DNA of 64,000 nucleotides. Source: Picochlorum sp. SENEW3. Its lineage: Eukaryota. Positions within the stretch are counted from its first letter, which is position 1; the number at the start of each line of letters is the position of its first letter. A program made the position numbers and the translations under genes. Of the stretch, positions 1 to 10,795 are shown one piece after another. The stretch covers positions 62,001 to 126,000 of the forward strand of contig CP120459.1 in NCBI GenBank assembly GCA_034226945.1, in the 5' to 3' direction. Under the pieces are notes generated by a model that was given only the letters and a program-made list of their open reading frames with translations, did no database searches and was not told the DNA's origin.

Positions 1-719
1 TCTGCCATTGTGGAGCCAAAACAATCATGCAACATATCCATCATATCTGAAGACTGAGATACTTTGACTGCGCCCAGCTGGGGCCCTCCTTGCAGGGCCA
101 ACACGATGCCTTGCCGAGGAATATATTGCTTCACAGATGTGTCTTGGAACGGATCACCCTGAAGAACCACATCACCCGCTGTTAGTACCAAAGCCACCCC
201 AGTGTATTTCTCATTCATTTTTTCCATATACTTGAGCACACGCTGCAACGACTGAAGAGCCAATCGACCCGGCTTGGGCACCTCTTCATCATCATCCACA
301 TCATCAACCAATGCGGGTCTCTCCACCTCGACAACTCTGACTTTATAATCCTTCAGGAGCTGCCCCACCTGACTATCTTTCGCAATATCATGCTCTGTAA
401 ACAAAATGATGCTGTGGTCTGGTGCATAGGTTGCCCAGGACTGCACAAACACAGCCACCCTCTCTGCAGTTGTATTTGTAGCCACAGCAAACACTGCACG
501 CCCTCCTGATCCACCCTGAAGGAAACCTGGCTTCTCTTCGTTCGAACGCACCATGCGGATCATATACAGACTGAGAGCGCACATCACCACCAGAGCGATC
601 GCTGTCAACCATTGAGACGCCACCGACCACCGAGTTCCGTACCACAAGTCCCTCTCGGGGCGAGAATTCTGTCGACTAATTGCGGGCAACAGGCCCTGCC
701 GACCCGTTCTTAATTTCAT
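1..719 (-). CDS. Type II membrane protein, possibly glycosyltransferase-like; 3' end runs off the window
   Basis: Translated by hand (not in ORF track): ATG at 719, open frame MKLRTGRQGLL...WLTAIALVVMCALSLYMIRMVRS (one TM helix)...VAVFVQSWATYAPDHSIILF...GDVVLQGDPFQ continuing to position 1. Confidence 0.6.
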   Translation of the reverse strand, partial: MKLRTGRQGLLPAISRQNSRPERDLWYGTRWSVASQWLTAIALVVMCALSLYMIRMVRSNEEKPGFLQGGSGGRAVFAVATNTTAERVAVFVQSWATYAPDHSIILFTEHDIAKDSQVGQLLKDYKVRVVEVERPALVDDVDDDEEVPKPGRLALQSLQRVLKYMEKMNEKYTGVALVLTAGDVVLQGDPFQDTSVKQYIPRQGIVLALQGGPQLGAVKVSQSSDMMDMLHDCFGSTMA

Positions 720-1260
720 ACGAATTTCTTACTCAAGAAAACAATCCCCGAAAAGGCGATTCCGTCCGAATATCGTGTGCCTTCCCTAACACACCACAGA
801 CCGGTTGCAACAACCTCCAAGCGACGTCATATACGGATTCTACCGCATCACAATCATCCGATCTAGTACCCAATCAATGAAAGATTGCATCTTATTCATA
901 TTATGAAAATAAATAGTAGTCCCGCACCCAACAGGCATCAAGACAAATGACTTGCAAGTACCAATTGGTTTGGGATGCAGCTAGCTGCAATTTAATTGCC
1001 ATGCCAGACTGGTACTGGTGAATACCAATCAAACCCACACCTGCAGGCTGCATTCAATAGCCAGAGATATTCTCTGAATGATAAATGCAAGGTCCTGTAT
1101 TCTATCAAGGGGTGGTTTGTCAGCAGCCATCAATTGATGTTCACTTTGCAATGTGAAGATTCCTAGTCTTTTTACAGAGCATGCATTGCATTCTACAAAC
1201 TCACTGGCTCTCAATGGGGGTGGCATCTATTCAAATGTTATATTCATTAGATTGACTGTA

Positions 1261-1508
1261 ATGATTCAACGGAAGCCAACGAGGATTGAATTGAAACCCC
1301 AGGATAAAGACGAGGTATAATTACATCTGCTTTTTCCCCGTTTCCCGTGCGATTTGTTCACATTGGGGTCTTTTATATGCAGTTTATTGCCAAGAGGCGT
1401 AAAGAAGAGAAAGAAAAAGAGGCTGCAATCGTTCCTGGAGGGGCAAAACCATCGAACGTCGCACAGAGAATTGGGTATACTGGACAGCGTGGTCGTCAGG
1501 AGTTTTGA
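1261..1508 (+). CDS. CDC26: APC/C subunit CDC26 (59 aa; exons 1261-1314 and 1383-1508)
   Basis: MIQRKPTRIELKPQDKDE|FIAKRRKEE...AQRIGYTGQRGRQEF*; N-terminal RKPTRIELK and C-terminal RIGY motifs are typical of CDC26; GT..AG intron 1315-1382 keeps the frame. Confidence 0.88.
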
Positions 1509-1602
1509 TAGGATTTGAATGCACCGGACTGTGAGATCAAAGTATATTACATCTCATTCACGGGATCTGTGTCGATATTTACCAAACAGGCGTGTCACGA
1601 GG

Positions 1603-2259
1603 ATGGCTGGAGAAAAGCAGGGTGAGGAGGCAGAGAAGAAGAAGAATGTCATTTCAGGGGAGGAGGTCGAGGTGAAATTACGCATACCAGATTCTGCATC
1701 ATTTGCTGCTGTGCAGTCTCTCTTGTTGCCTTCATTCAAGGCTATTCATGAGCAAGAGAATCACTTTTTTGATGGTGCCAAGGGGGAATTGTCAGCTGAA
1801 AAGGTTGTTCTGCGTGTGAGGTTTTATGGTGGTGATAGAAGGGCTGTGATCACGTGTAAAGGGAAGCAAGTGTTGGAAAACGGTGTTGGAAGAGCTCCGG
1901 AAGAGGAGGAAGAGATAGAGGTGGCGGTGGCAAGGGAGTTTTTGAAAGATCCTAGTACGCTTGTCAACCACGAGTCAACATTGATGAACAAGCTCAAAGA
2001 GGAATTCAAATTTCCGGAGGGTCTGACGTATTTGGGTGGTTTTGACAACAGAAGATCTGTGTATGAGTGGAGGGGGTATACGTTGGAAGTCGATCTCACA
2101 TCGTACCCCTGGGGTTCCCTGTATGAGATTGAGTGCGAGACGCAGGAGCCTGATGTGTTGAAGGCACAGCTAGAGCAGCTCCTCTCCGAGAATGCAATAC
2201 CTTTTTCGAATGCAACGAAGAGTAAATTTGCCAATTTTAAAGATAAAACCCTGGAATAA
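1603..2259 (+). CDS. TTM3: CYTH / triphosphate tunnel metalloenzyme 3 (alternative in-frame ATG at 1519)
   Basis: ExExK motif EVEVKLR, HEQENHFFDG, LRVRF, LEVDLT, YEIECE, SKFANF. Confidence 0.88.
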   Translation: MAGEKQGEEAEKKKNVISGEEVEVKLRIPDSASFAAVQSLLLPSFKAIHEQENHFFDGAKGELSAEKVVLRVRFYGGDRRAVITCKGKQVLENGVGRAPEEEEEIEVAVAREFLKDPSTLVNHESTLMNKLKEEFKFPEGLTYLGGFDNRRSVYEWRGYTLEVDLTSYPWGSLYEIECETQEPDVLKAQLEQLLSENAIPFSNATKSKFANFKDKTLE

Positions 2260-2268
2260 CTGTAATAT

Positions 2269-4509
2269 TTAATCTTCAGTCTCAGAGTCATCAACTTCTG
2301 TATAGGACGAATCTGCGGCAGCAGCAAGTTTCTTCTCCAATTCTTTAACAGCCTCTGCTGCAGGACCAGGAAGGTCGTCTTCATTAGATTCCATCACATC
2401 CGAACTACTACTACTCGATTCTTGCATGGCATCTTGGCCTGCAAATATTGCGGTGCCATTCTTCTGAGACAAGATTGCTTCGGCAGCTGCTGCCATTTTT
2501 CTAAACTCCATCTCATCATTCTCAGCTTCAGCCTGGATCTGAGCTTGCTCAAGTTGGCGTTTCAATTCTTCATACTTGATCATCAAATCTTGTCGCCGCG
2601 ATGTGAATTGTGACGGGAAAAACCCAGGGAAATATCGCTGGATAAAGCCAAAGATGAGAACATGGCCGACAGGTGTCAATGGAAGGATGAGAATGATGAT
2701 GAATGGGATGAACGTTAAAAGATCCCTGGCAGTCCGGCGCAGCGCAGCCACCTCTCTTGGCTTCAAGGTTCCTCCCAGTAAGGCCCTCCAGAATAATCTG
2801 CCTGCTGCAGCAACATCCCCACCAAGGAGACGAACACCACGCCCCCCAAACAGAACACCTTCCTTTACTTTGTTCACAGCCTGACGAACCTGGAATTGCA
2901 CCTTGCTGAATGAGAAGCCAGATGATCCAAAGACAATGTCGTCACCTAATCCTAGACGGATTCTCAAGTCTGGAATCTCAGTTGCCAAGGCAGCAAGCTC
3001 AGCATCATCGATAAAGAGTATTTCTTCGGGCTCACTTGCAGCAGCGAGAACGGCCAACGATGTCGCCAATCCTTTAAATTCTGCACACAGCAATGCGATC
3101 TCATCGGTGCTTCCTCTACGAGAGAGTGCCAAGTCCAGCTGTGTGGATCCTCCAGACCCTACAATAGTAGCTGCAGGCTCTCCCAAAATATCCAGTGCTT
3201 CGCTCTCCAAGCATTCATATATTGACTCCATTTCTAGTTGTAGAGTTCGAACCGCCAGTTCACGAGATACAATCGTCACCTGTTCATCCAATTGTCGCAG
3301 TTCTGCGGCTACCTTGGCTCTACTTGGAATATCCGTCTTTCTCACTCTATTCTCCCGAACCTTACTGGCCTCTTGCAATTTTGCCTCCAGGTCAACAATC
3401 TTTTTATGGAGATATTCTATTGCCTGTGCATCTTTGCCCTCAGGCTTTGGAAACGGAAGTGACAAAATGTCACTCGCGGAGTCAACATCTGATTCATTTG
3501 TGGCCCCATTCAATCTCTTCCACAAATCCTGAGCCCATGTGGCGCTTTGCTGAAAACCTTCTATAAATCCTTGCGACGACGTCTCTCGAACTCGAGCAAC
3601 AGCAGGCTGCAGATTCCGGGATACAAATCGTTCTGCCTTCTTCTTCAGATTGCGTGGCTTCTGATCAATATCACCAAAATCCCCCTCCTGATCACTCACA
3701 TATCCACCCAGCTCTGGACCAAGAGCCCCCAACGGAAGACTTGTCCCCCTAAAAGCCGCGTTTCTAGATTCTATTTCAGCTTGTGCCGCCCCAACAGAAG
3801 GAAATGGAAGGTGAGGCAACTCCTCTGTAAGTCGATCCACCAACCTCTTGTACATGGACTTGACATAATCCCTCATATCCCCGATCAATTTCTGCGGATC
3901 TTGATCCGGAAATATCAACGGAAAATCCTCCACTTGATTCTTCAATGTACTCAGTATCATTCTTAACTCATCTGCAGTAAGCTCAAGCTCAGCCACATAA
4001 TCCACCGCCTCATCAATCTTCCTCTCCCGCTCCCTATCCGCAGCCTCTCTCTCCACCGCATCCAACGTACTCCCTTCCTCCTCCACACTAGATGCCATCA
4101 TCGTCTCCTCCTCCTCGGGCTGATACACTGGGCATGGGAATTTGAGAAGCGTCTCAGCCCTCAACAGATTCCTGTACAACTTCCTCAGTGTCAGAGACAG
4201 CTCCAACCTCGCCACCTTTTCCGCAGCACGCATTACAGGATCCTTCCATGTCTCACCAGACCCACGTGATACAGAACCACCCGATGATGGCGGTGATGAG
4301 AAGGAAGAAGAAACTTGCTGCTGTCCCTGACGCTCCATCGGCCCCCTCTCCTCCTGAGCTCCATAGCTCGCCCAGCACAAACCACCGCGTCTTTGTAATC
4401 TTACAGATCCTCCACCTCGTCTCCCTGTCGCCCGACCGCACCTCACTACACCGAAATTCCGCACTCTCGTGACCTGTCCCTGACCACCAATCCGTCGTCC
4501 CAATTTCAT
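2269..4509 (-). CDS. LETM1-like domain protein, probably plastid-targeted
   Basis: 746 aa ORF; Arg/Gly-rich N-terminus, coiled coils, C-terminal LRRTARDLLTFIPFIIILILPLTPVGH...YFPGFFPSQF segment. Confidence 0.7.
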   Translation of the reverse strand: MKLGRRIGGQGQVTRVRNFGVVRCGRATGRRGGGSVRLQRRGGLCWASYGAQEERGPMERQGQQQVSSSFSSPPSSGGSVSRGSGETWKDPVMRAAEKVARLELSLTLRKLYRNLLRAETLLKFPCPVYQPEEEETMMASSVEEEGSTLDAVEREAADRERERKIDEAVDYVAELELTADELRMILSTLKNQVEDFPLIFPDQDPQKLIGDMRDYVKSMYKRLVDRLTEELPHLPFPSVGAAQAEIESRNAAFRGTSLPLGALGPELGGYVSDQEGDFGDIDQKPRNLKKKAERFVSRNLQPAVARVRETSSQGFIEGFQQSATWAQDLWKRLNGATNESDVDSASDILSLPFPKPEGKDAQAIEYLHKKIVDLEAKLQEASKVRENRVRKTDIPSRAKVAAELRQLDEQVTIVSRELAVRTLQLEMESIYECLESEALDILGEPAATIVGSGGSTQLDLALSRRGSTDEIALLCAEFKGLATSLAVLAAASEPEEILFIDDAELAALATEIPDLRIRLGLGDDIVFGSSGFSFSKVQFQVRQAVNKVKEGVLFGGRGVRLLGGDVAAAGRLFWRALLGGTLKPREVAALRRTARDLLTFIPFIIILILPLTPVGHVLIFGFIQRYFPGFFPSQFTSRRQDLMIKYEELKRQLEQAQIQAEAENDEMEFRKMAAAAEAILSQKNGTAIFAGQDAMQESSSSSSDVMESNEDDLPGPAAEAVKELEKKLAAAADSSYTEVDDSETED

Positions 4510-5126
4510 GATACTACCACTCCTCGCAATCTATTATTCTGAATGACTCTATTCAACAATACGATCCATACCAGACGCAAGCAACAGACAAAGGCGTGGC
4601 TCTCGTAGCACTCAATTCCAGTTGCGCGATCTCTCTCGTGTACAGACGCGTATTCGTATCCTACCACTCTGATACGGCCATACAATCTAGAAAAGAATAC
4701 ATGTACCCCATGCGCAGATGCATCGGCATGCTTTGATTGGGGAATGGATCTCCAAGATCTCTTCTGTGCAGGGGATCTCCATAGAATGTTTCATTCTGCT
4801 TCATGCATACATACTACGAGTATAATACCCACCTATTGAGAGTTCCTGATGATGGAGTATGAATCAATGATGCAGTTGGGATGTAAAAAATATCACAGAT
4901 CAGGGATGTGCCATGGCCATGGAGTTTGTTTGACTTTTCTTCTTCTTGCTGGATTGATCCAATAGGGTCTCCTCAACTTCCGACCAATCATATCATACTC
5001 GAAATAATTTAATTTAATTATTCAGATTGATTAGTACATGGAAGAATAGGTACAGATGGGTCTGAGGTTGTTGATTCGCCTTTGACTGCAATTGATTCTC
5101 AGCACTGATAGGTTGCGCTCAGGGTG

Positions 5127-6503
5127 ATGACAACCATCCAGACTTTTGTTCCAGCTGATTATACAGTCTGGGCCTTGGGGGGACTTGTATTTGTCACGGC
5201 AGTTGCAGATGCGCTGTATTTATGTACTCTTCCTTGCTGTCGACAGCCTGGGTCTGATAGACCAACTCGGCCATTGTCTGCTGGTGGGGGTACAAGGGCG
5301 AGTAGTTCATTGCCAATCCTCTTCTACTCTAGGGCTTTGATGTTTGTGGCATTGGCTTTCTGGGGGGCTAGTCTGATTTTGCCTCTCAATGTTATATGGG
5401 GTCCCAATTCTGTTGTTGCTGGCAGCAATGTGACGAATTGGACGTCGCAGGGCTGGCTGTGTAGGATATTCATCACTCTTGCGTTGGGTGTGACGTCTCC
5501 TTTGGTGTGTGTGGTGGGGTTGTGCATGCTTGTGTTCATGCTCGTCAGGGTGAAGGAATCACAGGAGACTCTGGTGTCACAGCAACCTGTGTGTTGCATG
5601 GCACCTCACAAATCGTACATCTTTGAAAGAAGTGGTATATTATCTATATTGGTGGTGCTGCCTATAGCTGCTGCGCAGTCTCTGGTTGCGTGGATTTCGT
5701 TGAGCATCTCCTATGATGGGGGGTCCATTGAAGAGTCGCCAACCTCGCTGATTGGCACCTTCTTGGCCTTGTTTCGGTATGGGAGTCCAGAGCAGTGTGA
5801 TGTGAATGTATTTACTGGCGTTGTGACAACGAACGAATATGCCTGCACCATGTGTGTTTTTCCAGCTGCATCAGTCATCATACACGGGGTGTGGGTCATC
5901 ATGCTTGTGCTGGGACTGATATATGTGACATATATGCTGTGTCGGGTGCCTATCCTGAGGCAGAATGTGAAGAGAAGGATTAAAGCGTACTCTATATGCA
6001 TGTCTCTAGCGTGTGTTGGTGGCCTGTGTTGCATGGGTGTCAGCATTGCCTATCATGATCCATTTGGATGGGCCAATCAGGGTCTATGGCTGGGGTATGT
6101 GGCCACGGTGCTTGTGTCGTGCATCTCAGTGACATACATGTTGGACGATATACCGAAACTCGTGGCTCAAGATATCAATGCGCAGATAGTCCCCATGGGG
6201 ATGCCACCGCCACCACCTCCATTGTATGCTCCACCATCATCATCAACAGTGAGCTCTCGCATACCCAGTGAGCGAGTGTTCAACCCCATGGATCAAGTTG
6301 TTGTGCCTCAACATGGTATTGATGACGACGATGAGATTCATTCCGAGGCGTACTTTTCCACTCGAGAATCTCCGTCAAAGAGAAGTGTGCAGACATCTGA
6401 CTCGTTCTTTAGCGCTGCATCTCCAAGTAGCAGGCAGTATCCCTCTCCATCGCCAAGCAGTAGACCAAGCAGCAGGCAGAATGTGACTCGGCCATCTCCC
6501 TGA
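5127..6503 (+). CDS. Multi-pass (about 7 TM) membrane protein of unknown function with Ser/Pro-rich cytosolic tail
   Basis: Long ORF with repeated hydrophobic segments followed by a low-complexity tail. Confidence 0.65.
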   Translation: MTTIQTFVPADYTVWALGGLVFVTAVADALYLCTLPCCRQPGSDRPTRPLSAGGGTRASSSLPILFYSRALMFVALAFWGASLILPLNVIWGPNSVVAGSNVTNWTSQGWLCRIFITLALGVTSPLVCVVGLCMLVFMLVRVKESQETLVSQQPVCCMAPHKSYIFERSGILSILVVLPIAAAQSLVAWISLSISYDGGSIEESPTSLIGTFLALFRYGSPEQCDVNVFTGVVTTNEYACTMCVFPAASVIIHGVWVIMLVLGLIYVTYMLCRVPILRQNVKRRIKAYSICMSLACVGGLCCMGVSIAYHDPFGWANQGLWLGYVATVLVSCISVTYMLDDIPKLVAQDINAQIVPMGMPPPPPPLYAPPSSSTVSSRIPSERVFNPMDQVVVPQHGIDDDDEIHSEAYFSTRESPSKRSVQTSDSFFSAASPSSRQYPSPSPSSRPSSRQNVTRPSP

Positions 6504-6578
6504 AGTACAGTACTCCCGGGCGGGAGATGATATAGTTTTTCAAAAGTAATATTTAGTTTTGATGTAATTTGGGAGAGA

Positions 6579-7866
6579 ATGTTGGCAAAGCGCCTTGAAG
6601 GGGTCGTAGGTACAATACGGCATGCGCATGTGTTATTGCAACAGAATAACCGCATCGATCAACGGTTTAGACGGACATGCGCATCATCAACGAACGATGA
6701 TTCTAGTATATCCAGGTATGTGGGTCAATTTTTAAATGGGTCTGTTGCTATGATTCATCAATACTACCTAATAATGATACAGTCAGACGACTAGTCTTCA
6801 ATGCACCATCAATAATATACCCGGGGATGTTGCAGAAGAGATGAGTGATACCCTTCTCATGGAAGGTGGTGCTCTCTCTGCAAGCATCATTGAATACAGA
6901 CCCGAGCATGCTCAAGAGCAGAAAATATACAAACAAGGAACACAGGCAGAGTATTGGAAGACATGTAGCATTCAAGCATGCTTCCCCACAGGCATCCATG
7001 GGGACGATATGGCCTGGCCAGAGGAGGAGGCATCCATTCGGGAGCATGTGAGGCACTGCTTGGAAGATGCTGGGATGGGAGAGCACATTGCAGCAGAGAC
7101 CATTGCTGTGATTCCTATCCGGCCCGGAGACTGGGAAAGTAATATCAGAGGGGAATATCAACCCATGAAGATTGACGATGCTCTATGGATCATTCCATCG
7201 TGGTCAGAGATCCAGGATGAATCTGCCGTGAATATAACCCTCCAGCCCGGGCTTGCGTTCGGAACTGGCAGCCATCCAACCACAGGCATGTGCCTCATGT
7301 GGCTCCATTCTCTTTATACTCGGGGTAAACTGCATTCTGAATCTTCAGTCCTGGATTATGGAATGGGCTCAGGCGTGCTGGCCATTGCTGCTCTGGTCAT
7401 GGGGGCATCGCATGCTGTTGGGACCGATATTGAAGCACTCTCCCTCAAGGCAGCAACATACAATGCATCACTCAACAACGTCCAAGATAGATTAGAAGTA
7501 TATCAGGTATCAGAAGATGGACAATCACGCAGTGAACATGATAGAACCCATGATGTCATTGTTGCCAATATTTTACGAGGCCCATTGATTGAACTCGCGA
7601 GCACCCTGGCCTCGTACATCCACAAACAAGAGCCCACCCTCTTGGGCCTCTCTGGAATCACTCTGAGCCAATCAGAGGATGTCAAAGCAGCATATTCACC
7701 TTGGTTTGAGAACTTTGAGGTACATATAGATCATGAAGAAGACGATCAAGAAGAAGATGGTGGAGAATGGACAAACACATCTGGTTCCAGAGACAACAAC
7801 AGGAATGTCTGGGTCCTCATCACGGCCACCAGCAGATCCGATGGTTCATCCACCAGTCGATTCTGA
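6579..7866 (+). CDS. prmA: Ribosomal protein L11 methyltransferase PrmA, organellar (exons 6579-6715 and 6783-7866)
   Basis: PGLAFGTGSHPTT, VLDYGMGSGVLAIAA, DVIVANIL, LSGI motifs; GTATG..ACAG intron joins a transit-peptide-like exon in frame. Confidence 0.88.
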
Positions 7867-7928
7867 TACACTAGTATTCATTCAAATAATAATTCAAATA
7901 ATGAAATAGTAGTACGAAGAAGAATGTA

Positions 7929-8490
7929 ATGACGACGCCAGCAAGGAAACGTCTCATGCGAGACTTTAAACGTACGCACACAAACAAGAAACAAAGAATG
8001 CCTTTTCCTTTCATAAAAGCAATGATTGTGATGTACAGGGTTGCAAAATGATCCTCCTGAAGGCGTGAATGCTGTCCCTAGACCAGAGAATATCATGGCA
8101 TGGAAGGCTGTTATATTTGGACCAGAAGGGACCATTTGGGACGGTGGCGTCTTTCGCTTGAGCATGGAATTCAGCGAAGAGTATCCCAACAAGGCACCGA
8201 CGGTCAAGTTTATCACCAAGATATTCCATCCAAACGTGTACGACGGAGGGGATATATGCCTGGATATACTACAGAACCAGTGGAGTCCTATTTATGATGT
8301 GTCTGCCATCCTGACATCCATCCAATCGCTCCTGTCGGATCCGAATCCCAATTCGCCAGCGAATTCCGAGGCGGCAAAGCTGTTCACAGGTGACAGGGAG
8401 GAGTATAATAGAAGAGTGCACGCAGCTGTAGAAGCAACCTGGCAGTATACAAGAGAGGATGATGAAGGATTTGAAGATGAAGAATATTAA
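7929..8490 (+). CDS. RAD6: Ubiquitin-conjugating enzyme E2, RAD6/UBC2 (exons 7929-7971 and 8039-8490)
   Basis: [21 protein letters not shown]...[24 protein letters not shown]; acidic tail. Confidence 0.93.
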
Positions 8491-8494
8491 TTAA

Positions 8495-9307
8495 TTACAC
8501 CTGTTTACATGCAAAACTCTGAGCAACCTTGTACAATCTCTCAGGATCTCTCTTGAACGTGTCAGAATTCGTCTGCAGTCTCATCGCATACAACCTATTG
8601 TTTGCCGTCCCCAGCACTGTCAGATACCGCCTATCAAACTCCAGCTCGATGGCCTCATCAATCTCACCCTGCGTCACAGCCAACTGATTCCTCGACGCAT
8701 ACGACGTCACACGGGTCTCGATATCATAGTACGATTTACCATCCACCCCAACCCGGGATGACGCCTTTTCAATCTCTGCAGTCCTCTTCACACCCAGTCT
8801 CGTCGACATGAATTCCTCCAGATACTGCTCCAGCGTCTTCTCAGCAGCCTGCTCAGGTGTCCCAATATCTTCTATAGAAGAATACTTTGAAGAGGATGGA
8901 GATGAAATATCCACAAACACATTCTCCTCTGCATTCAGGGGATTTCTATAAAACACATCATTCCCAGACGTCGTCACCGGAATCCAGTCCGAAGGATATA
9001 AAAAGGAGTAGCCATCAAGCTTGTCCTCATGACGCCTATACCCAGGAGGAGGAGGCTCAAAGGCCAGGGCAGATCCTCCTCCCTGAATGGTAGCCAGAGA
9101 TGCCAGCCCAAACAATACAAGCGCCCTTCTCGTGGGCTCCTCCCCTCCTTCCACATCAATCAGGTACTGCATTGTATTCTTCTTATTTTGATAGGAAACC
9201 ATCGTGATGGATTGTGGCCTCCTGTTCCTGCTACTGAGATGAGAACGATATGGCAGCCAGTGAGTTCCCATACACCCACCACACATGTGATGATCCATTC
9301 TCATCAT
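8495..9307 (-). CDS. PPD1: PsbP-domain protein 1, thylakoid lumen
   Basis: Twin-Arg signal (TRRALVLFG...ALA), DGYSFLYPSDW, FMSTRLGVKR. Confidence 0.8.
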   Translation of the reverse strand: MMRMDHHMCGGCMGTHWLPYRSHLSSRNRRPQSITMVSYQNKKNTMQYLIDVEGGEEPTRRALVLFGLASLATIQGGGSALAFEPPPPGYRRHEDKLDGYSFLYPSDWIPVTTSGNDVFYRNPLNAEENVFVDISSPSSSKYSSIEDIGTPEQAAEKTLEQYLEEFMSTRLGVKRTAEIEKASSRVGVDGKSYYDIETRVTSYASRNQLAVTQGEIDEAIELEFDRRYLTVLGTANNRLYAMRLQTNSDTFKRDPERLYKVAQSFACKQV

Positions 9308-9670
9308 GGCTACAAATACCCTGTTATTTTAGAAATAGTAGGAAATAGATGGATCGCTGTTGGTATGGAGCATTGGAATAATGCTGCCATCCGATGGATT
9401 TCGAATTTGAAGATCCATTTTAATCTTTTTAATCAAGAAGACCGGTGTTGATGAAACACCATTCATTCGCATGGAAATGACTTCGGTCCCATTTTCATAG
9501 TTTTCATACATCGTTTTGGGATACTACGAGTAGCTATTGATTGCACACAGCAACAGACCATTTTGTCTGGTTGATAATCACTGTCGTTCAAACTGTTGTT
9601 GTTACGACGGGTACAGTCTCAGCTGCGTGGTTTACAGCACCTGTCAAGGTTTACATATAGTGGGATTACT

Positions 9671-10724
9671 ATGACAAAGGAAGAGTTGAGGACGCAGGTG
9701 TGCATCGTCGGGAGCGGTCCTGCTGGACACACGGCGGCAATCTACGCTGCTCGAGCTGGTATGTGGATTTGAGAGAATGTTTCACGATATATACATACAT
9801 GGGTGTGATCGTTGTGTGTGTATGTGTGCAGAGTTGAAGCCAATCATGTTGGAGGGTTGGATGGCGAATGGAATCGCTGCTGGGGGTCAATTGACGACGA
9901 CATCGGATGTGGAGAATTTCCCAGGGTTTCCGGAAGGGATTGTGGGAGGGGAGATTTGTGACAAATTCAGGGCGCAGAGTGAGCGGTTTGGGACGAGGAT
10001 CTACTCGGAGACTGTGACCAAGGTGGATTTTTCAAGCAAGCCATACAAAATTATGACTGATGAGAAGGAGGTGACGGCTGATACGGTGATTATCGCGACT
10101 GGTGCGGTGGCAAAGAAGCTGAGTTTTCCTGGTTCTGATGAAGAGAATGGGTTCTGGAATAAGGGGATTAGTGCCTGTGCGGTGTGCGATGGTGCTGCTC
10201 CCATGTTTAGGAATAACCCTATTGCTGTGATTGGAGGTGGGGATTCTGCGTGCGAGGAGGCAACCTTTTTGACTCGATATGGGTCAAAGGTGTATTTGAT
10301 TCATCGTCGTGATGAGTTGAGGGCGTCCAAGATTATGCAGAAGAGGGCCATGGAGAATCCCAAGGTTGAGATTTTGTGGGATAGCGTGGTGGTGGAGGCT
10401 ACTGGGAATGAAAAGGGGCTTTTGGGAGGTATTAAAGTTCGTAATGTGAAGACGGATGAAGTGAAGGATATTCAGGTGTCTGGGTTGTTCTTTGCCATTG
10501 GGCACGAGCCAGCAACTGCATTTTTAGATGGTCAGGTTGAGTTGGATGAGGATGGATACATCAAGACTGAGCCCGGAAGCACGTCGACGAATGTCGAGGG
10601 CGTTTTTGCTGCTGGTGATGTACAGGATAAGAAGTGGAGGCAGGCGATTACTGCTGCCGGGACTGGGTGCATGGCTGCATTGCAGGCAGAGCAGTTTTTG
10701 GAAGCGCTTCATGATGCTGCATAA
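9671..10724 (+). CDS. NTR: NADPH-dependent thioredoxin reductase (exons 9671-9758 and 9832-10724)
   Basis: [29 protein letters not shown] redox motif, [16 protein letters not shown]. Confidence 0.95.
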
Positions 10725-10795
10725 TTTACATGTTTTGATTCATTGATTCATTAATTCATTCTTCACAATCGATGTGAATATATATGTGCGGTTTT

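Noticed and set aside
388..645. 85 aa ORF in the track
   Set aside because: Wrong frame; a longer frame from ATG 719 with a TM helix runs off the window
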